Assembly (NCBI RefSeq): GCF_009914755.1
Contig: NC_060939.1
Strand: one strand, 5' to 3'
Source: the human T2T-CHM13v2.0 reference genome, Homo sapiens
DNA: 64,000 nucleotides
Of the stretch, positions 47,135 through 60,969 are shown piece after piece. Both the position numbers and the translations under genes were made by a program. The notes beneath the pieces are model-generated. The model searched no databases and was not told the DNA's origin. It saw only the letters and a program-made list of their open reading frames with translations. The stretch's first letter is position 1, and each line of letters begins with the position of its first letter.

Positions 47135-49124
47135 TGATGGATTAAAAGAGTTTATACTTCCAAGTGAAGTGACTTAAGCAAATAAAAATAATTGTCATGT
47201 TTCAATAAAAATTAGTATTTTATCAACAACTATTTTTAATTTCACTTGGTCTTGAGTGGTTTCCTTATGTTATACTTTAGTCTGTTTCAGTCTCGTTTTT
47301 CTGGTTAGACTATCTTTCCCTGCTGATATTTAATACTGTTAGTAAATTTAAAAGAAGCGTATTAGTCCATTTTCATAAACGAGGTGGGAGGTTGGGATAC
47401 TTAAGCTGCTTTATGAGCACAGCAAAATTCTGCATTGTTTTAAGGATCTGTACAAATATGTTTTCACCCTACTTCCTTCTTTTCTTCTGCACTTAATAAA
47501 TGAAAGCTTCATCTTTAATGTGACCAAGCAAAATACATTCTCTTAAAAAAAAAGGTCACGACCTTGACTGTAAGAAATCCCCAAAGTGGATTTATAATGA
47601 ATTTTCCGAATAAATAATGACTCCAAATACATTTACATTAAAAATATTAACCTTTAACTCACCTATATTTTTAATAGCATATAAAGTGATATTTGAGCTC
47701 AATTCATGGCTTCGAAAGAAAGCCTTGCAGGCTTTCTATAACTCATATTAAAGGTTAAGATGATTCATAAATTTTTTTCCACAGAATATGGCAAACAGAT
47801 GACTTTGTAGTGTGACTGGGACTGAATTTCTGATGGGCACAGCAGGAAACATTTCTGTAAGTGCAAAAATTCAAAGACACTTTTGAAAAGAAGTTAATAT
47901 ATGCAGCGTAAGATTTTAAGCTTTCTTACATTGAAAAATGATCAGCATAGCAATGAAGAGAGAGAAATAAAAAAACCACTAATCCAGGCTGAAGTTCATT
48001 CATCACACACTTCCAATTCCTTGATATCTGCATGTTACATTAAATACTGCAGTGGAGAAAAACAAAAATAAGAGAATCCAACTAGAATGGAAAGACAATC
48101 AAAGCTATTTTTCTTCAACAGTTGTCTATAAGTTTCCAATAAAATTGGGGCTATGACAAGAATCGAGCATTTATACTTATGCATAAAGTAAGGGCTGGTT
48201 TCTCTAATAGGGCTAATTATCGGACACCTATTACCACCACTCCGGGGACAGCATCAATGAATCAAACTCCACAGGACTAGAAATATTCTGACTAGTGTCC
48301 AGGATAACAGGAGAGCTACCAGGGCTTTTGGTGCCACACACCTGGGTTTATTAGGGCCAGAATTGCTCTCCATAACCTAAGAACCACCCAAACATCCGCA
48401 GGATAAATGCAAAACCCTGGGAACCCTCTTTTTTTTGAGAGAAGAAATATGGAAGGAAAAAAACTTTCCTCTATTTTGTAGCTTCTAATTAAAAGGAATC
48501 CATGAAAGAATTAATTGCACCTAAACGTATTTTACTACGTCTTACGTTGTACTGCAGTAAGTCTTAAGATGAGCTGCAGAGGGGAATGGATTATGCCTTA
48601 CTAAGGCATGGAAAGAGGTTTTTTTGGTTATATTTTAAGGTCTCAGGTAAGGCACTGATTAAGAGCCAGTTGGCCTGGGCTGGAAACCTGCCCACCACTT
48701 GCCTGCCACACACCTGCCCTGTGCCTCAGCTTCTCTTTTGGCTAGGATGATAACAGAGTTGTCTCACTGGGGTGTCATAAGAAGTAAGTGCAGCAGGCAT
48801 CTATCTGAACAGGGCCCAGCATATAGCAGTTTCCCACCACGCTTGTTATTGTGGAAGGTACACAGAAATGGTCGGATTTCTCTGCTGTGACGTCCTTCCA
48901 TTCAGCTCTCTTGCGGTAAAACGCTTCAGTCTAAGTGCCTTCCTTCACCCAGCTGAAAGGCAGAACACTTACTCCCGTTTTGGATAACAGTGCAAGCTGT
49001 GAGTCATAACTGGTGTGGGAGACAGAGATAGATCATGCCTTTCCCTATTGTTAGTCATTTCAAATAAACTGAATGTATCCTGGTTTGGGGGTGATGCCTT
49101 TAAAAATTTTTTTTAATTTAAAAT

Positions 49125-49980
<856 letters not shown>

Positions 49981-50449
49981 AAGAACAAGGTTGCGCTTTT
50001 TTTACCCCACTGCTCTGGGAATATAGTTTCCAAAAATTATAAAAAAAAATACAGAGCCGCTTTTAGTATTTCTGAAGGCTGCTCTGATTTGTCTTTGTCC
50101 TTTAAAAGTCTGCAGAAAAAAAAAACAAAACTGAATCTAATAAAGGTGCTTCTGACATTTCTGCAACCTAAACACGCTTTACTTGGTATCTTCCGTACCC
50201 TCACACCAGAAGACGACACCTTTGTTGGTTCTGTTTGTTAAAGACTCAGAAGCCAGGGCCCCAGCACCACCCAGCAACCCCCCGAATCAAGGTGCAGCAG
50301 AACCCAGCATTCACGCTGAAACACGTGTCCTGTGCTCTGATGTAGACCCAAATCTAACAGCCATTGACATGGACTGTTAGATGACTTCCGTTATCACCTA
50401 CTGGGATAAAACCTATTTTGTTTTGGCTAATAAATACTGTTCTATGTCA

Positions 50450-50780
<331 letters not shown>

Positions 50781-50784
50781 TAGG

Positions 50785-51120
50785 ATTTTTTTATCAGCTT
50801 TATTGAAGTATAATTTACATAAAAGAAAACCCAACCATTTAAAATGCACGGTTCCTGACAAAGTACAGCCTGATAAACTCATATGGCCATGGAAGCACCA
50901 CCGCAATTAAACTACAGAACATTCCATGTCCCCAGAGTTTCCCTTGTGCTTCCCTGTAGCCATTCTCTTCCCACACCCCAGCGCCAGGTGACCACTCATC
51001 TCTCCTCCATCACTAGAATTTCAGAAAAATGGAATCATACAGTATGCAGTCTTTTGTGTCTGGCTTCTTCTATTTAGCCATTTGCTTCTGAGATTCACCC
51101 ACATTACATGTATCAACAAG
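50785..51120 (-). mobile_element. L1ME-type 3' fragment
   Basis: cagctttattgaagtataatttacat...aatggaatcatacagtatgcagtcttttgtgtctggcttc. Confidence 0.7.
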
Positions 51121-52303
51121 GAGAATCTTTTTAACCCCAGAAATACTCTGGCTGGAAAGTAGAAAACTATTCAGCAAAAGCTACTGTAGAAAAACACTCC
51201 AAGATGATTAAGAACTGTATTCCACCCCTCTCAAATAAGACCCTTGAACAACAAGTGATTCCTATTTTAGGACAGCAAGGAGATTGCCAAGTGATGGATA
51301 CAATGAATTTATTTTTTAAATATCTTGCTAGCTAAAGACCTTTAAAGATATTTGGAGAGAGATGACATCAGAAAAAGTGGCAAAGACCTAAAAATTCACT
51401 CCTCCATAAGAGGAAAAAATAACTGAATGAAATGGTTAGAATCAAGTTGCTCATAACTCTGGAAATTAACCAAAGGCCTGCAGCAACCTTGGAAGCATTT
51501 CTTCAAGATGAAGAGCTGAATCTCGGTAAGAACAGTAGGATTTGGGGCATTTTGGCTTGCCCTAGTCCCATCCTCCATTCCTCATCTCTACAGTACCCTT
51601 GAAAAATAAAAGCTCACATGCCTGGTGCAGCCTGGAAGCCACTTGAGGGAAGGGAACAAAGCTGGATCTTTTCCAAAGTCCCATTCCCAAATAATTCTCA
51701 TGATGTGACCATTCTGGTGATTCCCTAGAAGACCATACTTACAAACCTAGTTATATTTGACCTGACCCTGAGCTCACCCAGTGTGAACAGTCTTTTCCCT
51801 GGGGGTGACTGTCAAATACATTTGTAGGCAAGTGTTTTCACTTTGCAGCTGCCTAATCAGTAGATAATAGTTGGGGCAAACAATATATTAATCTAAACAC
51901 TTAAAAAAAATCCTGGGGAATAAGATGCCCATAGCACTTTTGAAACGCCCCAATATATCTCTGGGAATACAGAGTGCCACATGCATGCATAGCGCTGTGC
52001 ATATGCCCAGGAAAGCCCTGAGAAGGCTCTAAGCTCTCAGATGACAACTGCCTTGCAGAATGTGGAAGGTGTGCCCCAAGAGTCACACAGACCCCCTTGT
52101 CAAAGACTGGGAGATGTACTGGCTCCAGGCATTTAAAGAAATCTCTGTCCAATAACTAGGTAACTCCTAAACTAACTTGGTAGACAATTCAGTAGCCACA
52201 CATGACAAAGAATAGGCTTTACAGAATTCATTCAGAAAAGTCATCAACAATAAACTATAGTGGACAAGAAGAATTTGCTTTCTAGAGGCACCACATTATA
52301 TTA

Positions 52304-52795
<492 letters not shown>

Positions 52796-52967
52796 GACCC
52801 CTGAGAAAGGCATGGTGGACTTAGAAGACAAAGACTTTAAATCAGTTATTTAAACGTATTAAAAGAACTAAAGCAAACTGTCTAAAGAACTAAAGAAAAA
52901 GATGACAATGATATCTCACCAAACAGAAAATATTAATGAAGAGATAGAAATTATAAGAACCAAATAG

Positions 52968-53268
52968 GGCTGGGCATGGTTGCTCATACCTGTAATCCCA
53001 GCAATTTGGGAGACTGAGGCAGGAGGACTGCTTGAGGCCAGGAGTTTGAGACCAGCCTGGGCAACATAGCAAGATACTATCATTAACAAAAAAAATACAC
53101 AAAAATTAGCCAGGTGTGGTAGCACTCACCTGTAATCTCAGCTACTCAGGAGGCTGAGGCAGGAGGGAGAATCCCCTGGGCCCAAAAGTTCAAAGCTGCA
53201 GTGAGCTATGATCATACCACTGCACTCTAGCCTGAGAGACAGAACAAGACTCTGTCTGAAAAAAAAAA
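52968..53268 (+). mobile_element. AluJ SINE
   Basis: TSD aaccaaatag. Confidence 0.92.
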
Positions 53269-54082
53269 TAACCAAATAGAAATTATAGATTGAAAAGTAC
53301 GATAACTCAAATAAAAAACTCTCTATAGGGGTTAAAGAGCAGATTTGAGTAGACCAAAGAAAGAGTCATCAGTTAACCTAAAGATAGGTTAATTGAGGTT
53401 ATCCAGCCTGAGCAGCAGAATAAACAATGAAGAAAAATGAACAGATCCTAAGAAGTGTGTGAGCCATCATAAAGTGTACCAAAGTGCATGCAATGGAGTA
53501 TATCAACAGGAGAGGAGAGAAAGTGAAAAGGGCAGAAAATACCTTTGAAGAAACTATGGCCAAAGACTTCCCAAATTTGATGAAAGACAACAATCTACAC
53601 ATCCAAGCTGAATGAAATCTGAGTAGAATAAACTCAAAGAGATCCATGCCTAGACATATCATAAACAAACTGTCAAAAGCCAAGGCCAAAGAGAGAAGCT
53701 TGAAGGCAAAAGATCAGTGACTTACCACATACAAGGGGTCCAAATAAGATTAACAGCTAGTTTCTCATTAGAAAACATGCAGGACAGGAGGCAGAGCAAA
53801 TGGCAAGAAAAAAAAAAGTGTAAACCAAGAATTTCATATCCAGCAAAACTATCCCTCGAAAATGAAGAAAAAATCAAGACATTACCAGATAAGCCAATGC
53901 TGAGATAATTTGTCTCTATGGAATCTGCCCTAAAACAAATAGTAAAGGAAGTCTTTTAGGCTGAAATTAAACACACACACACACACACACACACCCAGGT
54001 GCACGAGCGTGTGCAAAACTAGATAGACAGTAAATTAAACTCACATAGACATAAAAAGCATGATTAAAGATAACTACATGGA

Positions 54083-54482
54083 TGCTATGGTTTGGATGTG
54101 GTTTGTCCCAGTCAAAACTCAGGTTGAAATTTAATTGCCAATGCAACAGTGTTTGGAGGTGGTGTCTTTAAGAAATGATTAACTTAAGTTGGATTAATGT
54201 CTTTCTCACAAGACTGGGTTAGTTCTCTGCAGAAAGGATTAGTTTTGATAAGAGTTAATTGTTATAAAATGAGGTTGCCTCTCACGTTTTTCCCTTTTTG
54301 CCTTTCCCTTTATCTGCCATGTTTGGAGGAAGCACAAGGCCCTCACCAGAAGCAGGAGATGCGATTGTCCAATCTTGAACATCCCAGCCTGCAGAACCAT
54401 GAGCTAAATAAACCTATTTTTTTAAATAAATTACCCAATCTCAGATATTCTGTTATGGCAACATACAACAAAAGGTAAGACA
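54083..54482 (+). mobile_element. MST-family (MSTC-like) MaLR solo LTR
   Basis: tgctatggtttggatgtggtttgtccc...ggccctcaccagaagc...aaattacccaatctcagatattctgttatggcaaca...aagaca. Confidence 0.85.
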
Positions 54483-54974
54483 TACAGAAAACAAATAGCA
54501 TACTGGGAGACATAATAATTCCTCATCAGCAATTACATTAAAAAATTAAACTCTCCAATTAAAAGGCAGAAATTTCAGAATGGATTTTAAAAACATGATC
54601 CAATTACACACTGTCTATAAGAGATTCACTAGAGTTTGTCAGTAAAAAGTAGAAAATAATATACTGTGCAAATGCTAACCAAAAGAAGTTTGAGTAACTA
54701 TCCTAGTATTAGACAAAATCATCTTTAAGACAAAAATTGTTACTAGAAACAAATAAGGACATTTTATAATGATAAAGGCTTAATCATTCAAGAATACAGA
54801 ACAATTATAGACATATTTGTACATAACAATTGTGCCAGAGTAGCAAAGAATTAGCAAAGAACAACATTCTGAACAGCTGAGCTGGTAGCTCTATACTGAA
54901 AAATGAGAAATGTCATTTGCCTAAATTATTGACAACCGGAAGACTGCAACCGAGATCAAGTGCACCCTAGAAAG

Positions 54975-55135
54975 CCACAGGTTTTCTATCCTGGCTGCAT
55001 ATTGAAATGATCCACAGAGTCTAAAACTATAGATACCCCGGCCCTATGCCAAGAAATCCTGATATAGTGAGTCTGAAGTAACATTTCTTAAAGTGCCCCA
55101 GGTGTTCTGAAGTGCAGGCAGGATAAGGAGACACG
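54975..55135. mobile_element. MER5-like hAT MITE
   Basis: cctggctgcatattgaaat...ccccaggtgttctgaagtgcag. Confidence 0.55.
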
Positions 55136-55139
55136 GGCC

Positions 55140-55400
55140 TAGAGTGTGAGAGCATGGGCTCTGAAACATACAGCCTGGGTTTCAACCTGAGCTCTGCCTC
55201 TTACTCGCTCCAAAAAACCTTGAACATGACTGAACCTTGCTGTACCCACATCATGGAAGAGTGTCTGGAACACATCATAGAAGACACTAAGAACAGATTT
55301 AAAAAAAAAACTATCCCAGTAATGTGAAAATACATATTCTTTATTCATGTCGCTAGTTTTCAGCATTTAGAAAGGCACTTATAAATGTTAGCCATTACTG
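55140..55400 (+). mobile_element. MIR SINE carrying a 112-bp foreign insert
   Basis: gagcatgggctctg...cctgggtttcaacc. The 3' end gtgtctggaacacat...ataaatgttagccatt is split by the insert. Confidence 0.7.
55274..55385 (+). repeat. Copy 1 of an exact 112-bp dispersed direct repeat
   Basis: Identical base for base to 60810-60921, including a 10-A run. Confidence 0.97.
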
Positions 55401-55407
55401 TCGTTGT

Positions 55408-55444
55408 CATCATCATCATCATCATCATCTGTCATCATCATCAT
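55408..55444. repeat. (CAT)n microsatellite
   Basis: Seen directly; one interruption. Confidence 0.9.
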
Positions 55445-55723
55445 TTGCCCAGGACAGGCACAACTTGAGGTACCTCTGAACCCTCACAATGGACACTGAA
55501 GTTGGGGAAGAAAGAGACAAATGGCAGCTTTACCTGGTGGAAAATAAGCTCAGCTCTTCCCTCTTGAGCCTGCTTCATCCCCCAGGAAGACTAAAGTGGA
55601 TCTTGCCAGTCAGCACAACAGAGCTCCCACTTTCAAAGATGGCCTTCACATTCTGGACCACGCATACTAGGGTGGAGTTTAGGAAAGGTAAACTGTGCCA
55701 CCCTCCCATACCACCACACCCCC

Positions 55724-55727
<4 letters not shown>

Positions 55728-55763
<36 letters not shown>
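55728..55763. repeat. (CA)n microsatellite
   Basis: Seen directly. Confidence 0.95.
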
Positions 55764-55765
<2 letters not shown>

Positions 55766-56289
55766 AACCAACTAATCCAACAACACCAACTTTCTACCTT
55801 CATTAACATAGTCCTTCTTTTGTAAATATAAATAGGACAATGAAAGATGGCCTGATATTGAGTGGGAAAAAAATAGCATAAATAATGACCTAGATGATTA
55901 AAGAGACCAGTTAACCTGTGGGGGGAGGTGAGAATATCTGATAAACAGAATTCTAATTAATATACTTGAAGGAGATTGCACCCATTAAATGAGTGTTTCA
56001 TAAAATGTGAACATATTGCTATGAAAAAAAGCAATTAGAGAAAAACACAGTTCTTAGAAAATAACATAACTGTCTGTCAAAATAAAAAATTCAACAGAAT
56101 GATCAAACAGTAGAATGGATACAGCTGAAATCCAAAGTAGTTATCTAGAAAATAAAATAGAAGTGCCCCAGAAAGTAAAGAAAAAGAGAAAGAAAACATT
56201 AGAAAATGTTAAGAATCCCATAGGATCAATTTAGAAGGTAGAGCATCTATCCACTAGGAATTCAAGTAAGAGAAGGCAAAAATAAATAA

Positions 56290-56332
<43 letters not shown>
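56290..56332. repeat. (AGAT)n tetranucleotide STR
   Basis: About 10 perfect units. Confidence 0.95.
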
Positions 56333-56333
<1 letters not shown>

Positions 56334-56496
56334 AGAGATACAATCAAAGAATTAATGGAAGAAATTTCCCCAACAATTTTTCTTGAACTATCCAATAGAC
56401 GAATAACTAGAACTAGTTTAATAATTCACTATGGTCTGTGATAAACAAGTATGAGATCAATACACATAATTTTTCCAGAAATTATGGCAGAAAATA

Positions 56497-56936
56497 CAGT
56501 TGGTTCTTGAACAACACAGGTTTGGACTGCATAGGTCCACTTACACATGGATCTTCTTCTACCTCTGCCACCCCTGAGACAGCAAGACCAACCCCTCCTC
56601 TTCCTCCTCCTCCTCAGCCTACTCAACTGATGACGATGAGGACGAAGGCCTTTATGATGGTCCACTTCCACTTAATTAATAGTAAATACATTTTCTATTT
56701 CTTAGGACTTTTTGAAATGATATTTTCTTTTCTCTAGCTTACTTTAGTGTAAGAATACAGCATATAATACATCTAACATACAAAATATGTGTTAGTTGAC
56801 TATGTGATCAGTAAGGCTTCCAGTCGGCAGTTGCTTACTTGTAGTTAAGTTTTTGAGGAGTCACACATTATATGCAAATTTTCAACTACATGAGGGGTCA
56901 GTGCCCCTAACTGCCATGTTGTTCAAGGGTTAACTC
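56497..56936 (+). mobile_element. Tigger2a/MER28-like DNA transposon remnant
   Basis: TIRs cagttggttcttgaacaaca / tgttgttcaagggttaact, TA-flanked, with the Tigger2 internal cctcctcctcagcctactcaa motif. Confidence 0.88.
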
Positions 56937-58589
56937 TATATCCCCATCTCTAAATATTATAGATATTATTTTCCAGGAATTAATCTATAAAATCAATGCA
57001 ATCACAAAATCAAATCATGGCCACTGTGTAACTTTACAAACTCATTCTAAATTTATTGAAGAATGCACAGAAGAGCAAATAATATGTGAAAATAAGTCAT
57101 TTGACTTATTATAAAGCTGGACTAGTTAAAACAATGTAGTGTTGTCTTAGAAATGAACTGATAGATTCATTACACAAAATAAAGATTAACAAACAGACCC
57201 ATATCTAGCAGTGAGGTGGTGGAAAACATTTCAAATGGCAGGAGAAATACTGAATCGTTCAAAAAAAATAATATTGGGAAAATGGTCATCCGTTAGGAAA
57301 AGATAAAGTTAGAGTCTTCATACCATATGTAAAAATAAGCTTTGATTCAATTAAACATAAAAAGAAAAATTAAACATTTTAGAAATAAACAGGTGAATAA
57401 TTTCAGAATTATGGTCCAAGAGAGATCTTTTACAGTGTATATTTTAAAAAGACACTTTGTTAAAAATTAAAAGACAAACAAACTGACAAGACAAACTGGG
57501 ATAAAATATTAGTCACTTAAAACAGAAAAGTATTATGATCTTAAGAAAAATAAAAAGAAAAAATAAAAATAAAAATAAGGAAATGAGGAGAGGTCCCCTC
57601 CAAGGAGGGACAGTGACAGTGAAGGAGAGGAGTGATTTGAAAGACTAGAAGGTAAGAAAATGACATATTAATAATTTGGTTCAATATATTGAATCAGGTC
57701 GGGGTGAGGAAGGAACCAAGGGAACCTGAGTTTAGGTTTTAGAATAAGGCAACTGAAGGAAAGGGAGAAACATTCCTAATGAGATAGGGGAGCAAAAAGA
57801 AATTAGTTTGGGTTTGGAGTAGATTGAGTTGGGGTCCTTGTAGGATAAATGCTAACATGGAGGCTCCTCCAGTTTAGTCTCACTAGGCAGATTCATTTGA
57901 GTTAACAAAAAACTAAACTATAGACCTCATGTGAAAAATTATAAGATTGTGTTGTGTTTCTGTTTTGCTTTCTTTTCATTCTCTTTATTATTTTTTTATT
58001 TTGCTTTCTTTTATTTTTATTTTTATTGTCTCCTACTTGAGTTGCTTTATTGAATCTTCTTTTGTAGACAAATAAGAATCATATAATTGTTTGGATTTAA
58101 ATGGTTATTTTCAAATTGCTTAAGGGTATTCGAAAACAACTTCTTTCCTTGCAATTTTTAAAATGTCCCTTTCTAATTGCTTACATGTTAATACAGTCAC
58201 ACAACAAAATAATATGCAACTGTTTAAAACAGTTTGTACTAAGAAATATTAGTGAATGGAGCAACAGTCATGAAATACTCCTAAGCAGAAAAAAAAAGGC
58301 AGGTTACAAAATAGGTGCACTATGAATCTAATTTTCATAAAAATATGTACGCATCTGTGTATGCATGGGGAAAAATGGAAGGCAAAACAGCAAAATATAA
58401 TTGTCTATCTCTAAGTGTTGGGATCTGGGATGATTTTTAAAAATTGTCTTGTGTTTTTATGCATTTGCTAAATTCAAAACAATGAATATTTAATATACTA
58501 GAGTTTAAAAATTAAAAAAAAGAAATCTCACACATCAATGTAACACAGTCTCACAGAAAAAATATGTACAAGCAATTCATGGAAGAAAT

Positions 58590-59945
58590 TCAAATAGGTA
58601 ATGGAATCTTATTCTTTGTTTCGTTTCGGTCCCATCTATTCTTTGTTTCCTTTTTCCTGTTTTCTGCCTTCTTTTGCATTAATTGGATATTTTTTATTAT
58701 TCCATTCCATTTCCTTTGTTGGTTTCTTAGCCAACTCTTTGGGGTTTTTGGTTTTATTTTGTGGTTGCTTTAAGCTTTACAGTATACAACTTTAATTTAT
58801 CATAGTTTACCTTCAGGTGACATTAGACTTCATCAAGTATAGTCTAAGAATCTTACATTGTATAGTTCCATCCGCCCTCCTTTACAGTATTTTCACACAA
58901 TTACTTATTCAAATGTTATAAACCCCACAATACATTGGTGCATTTTTTTTTCCTATTTTTGGTTCTTTGCATGCATTCAGCTTCTTGAATCTGTGGGTTT
59001 CTAGTTTTTATTCCATTTTGAAAAAAAATTACTACTATTTCTTCAAGTATTTTTTCTGTTTGCCCTCACTCCTTATTCCACATATATTAGTGTTTCTGGA
59101 AATTATTCCACAAAGCTCTGTGATTTTTTTCCATATTTTTGTTGAAAAAATGTTTTTTCTCTGTGTTCTTCATTTTGGAGAATGTATATTGCATTGCAAT
59201 GCCTGTAAGTCCACTAATCTTTTTTCTTGTCTCAAATCTGCCATTAATCTCATCCAGTGAATTTTTTTCTCTCTTACATTGTAGTTTTCATCAGTAGAAG
59301 TTCAACTGGGTTTTTTTTATACCTCCATGTGTCTACTTAACTTTTGGAACATACAATTTTAATAACTGTAATCTTTGATTAGATGATAGACATTAGGAAT
59401 GTTATCTAGTTGGTGCTGGATACTTTTGTATTCCTATGAACGTTCTCAAACTTTGCTCTGGGACACAGGTAAATTACTTGGAAACTATCTGATTCCTTTG
59501 GATCTTGCTTTTAATATCTGTTAGGCAGAACTGGAACAGCATTTAGCTCAAGGCTAGTTATTCTCCACTACTGAGGTAAAACTCTTCTGCATGCTGTATA
59601 CAATGCCCAGGTGAATCATGAGGTTTCCAATCTGGATGGTGGGAAAACCCTAATTTTGTGACTGGCACTTTTGTCTCTAGTCCTCTCAGATAGTTCTTTC
59701 ATGGCCTCAGTTTCTCTACCTACATGCAAGAGCTGATCAGTAGCAGCTGAATATTCACAGGGCTTCCTCTCCAAATCTCCAGAACCCTCTACTTGAGTAA
59801 GTCTTTCCTCTCTGGCACTTTGTTCTGCAAATTCTAGCCACCTTGGACTCCCAGGCTCAGTATAGCCTCCTTAACTCAGCAGGACTGCCAGGCTCTTCCC
59901 AGGTTCCTGTGCTGTGGCCTAGAAACCTTCTCACAACAGGAGGCT
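58590..59945 (-). mobile_element. Old L1M 5'/ORF1-region fragments, antisense
   Basis: T-rich; cttcttgaatctgtgggttt...tatttcttcaagtattttttctg is the reverse of L1 ORF1 DNA. Confidence 0.65.
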
Positions 59946-59954
59946 GCAGCAATC

Positions 59955-60250
59955 CATCCCCAGAGGATCCAGAGGCACACCTTTCTCTACAGTTATGAGA
60001 AATAAATACGCGAGAGGAACCTCAGCATCCCTGAACTCTTCCTGGAGGCCACAAATTACAGTTGGAATTTCTGTGCTGCCATCTAACTAGGGTCCCTAAA
60101 TGCAATGAAGATGATGAGACCCCAGGGTTGCAGGGGCCAGGTGGCAGCTCTTAATTGCCAAAGGCATGGTGGATGTGGTTACTGTGAAGCACAGAGAGCC
60201 AAAGCAGCCATCAGAGTAGACTGGCTCACCGAGATCTTTGGTGTTGGCTC
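59955..60250 (+). mobile_element. ERVL internal (gag-region) fragment
   Basis: ctaaatgcaatg...gcaggggccaggtggcagctcttaattgccaaaggcatggtgg encodes ...RGQVAALNCQRHGG, resembling ERV-L gag. Confidence 0.7.
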
Positions 60251-60809
60251 TGAAAAGCCCTGTTTCTCTGATTGAGCCGTGATGGATACACGTTTCTGTC
60301 TGGGTTGATAAAGCTTAGCAATAAAAATAAACCACCATCTGAGTAAGGCAAAAAGCCAGATCCCTCAAACAATGTAATATAAAATGCAAACAATACTAAA
60401 CACATTATTGGATCTATATGGTACTCATATTCCCATAGATTAGTGCTTCTTAAAGTAGATTTACTTTGCTTTAAAAAAAAAAACTGTCCTAAACTGTAAC
60501 TAATTTGTTATTGGTAAAAATAAATTCTAAAAAATGTTTTCAACTCCATGGTTATTAGTTTCTCAACAGTATTAGTTATTATGAATAATCTAATATCCAG
60601 TTCAGTGCTACTGTACTCAAGGTTTTAAAACTTATACCGCCTGTGATTGTGGGAGACTGTTTCCATTATTCATACATAAGCCATCACAAGATGGTTCACT
60701 GAATCTTTCAAAAAATCATCTAATCAGAGCTATATAATCTGATTTCTAATTGGCATCCAGCATAATATAGAACCCGTTATAGTTTAATGTAAGGAAGACA
60801 ATGATCTCA

Positions 60810-60921
60810 ATCATAGAAGACACTAAGAACAGATTTAAAAAAAAAACTATCCCAGTAATGTGAAAATACATATTCTTTATTCATGTCGCTAGTTTTCAGC
60901 ATTTAGAAAGGCACTTATAAA
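60810..60921 (+). repeat. Copy 2 of the exact 112-bp dispersed direct repeat
   Basis: Identical to 55274-55385. Confidence 0.97.
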
Positions 60922-60931
60922 ACACTATGGT

Positions 60932-60933
<2 letters not shown>

Positions 60934-60967
<34 letters not shown>
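60934..60967. repeat. (CA)n microsatellite
   Basis: Seen directly. Confidence 0.95.

Positions 60968-60969
<2 letters not shown>

Larger units (their letters stand above)
55950..57540 (+). mobile_element. Degraded old L1M fragments (ORF1- and ORF2-like)
   Basis: aaaaattcaacagaatg...agaatggatacagctgaa and aatctataaaatcaatgcaatc...ttattataaagct. Confidence 0.6.
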
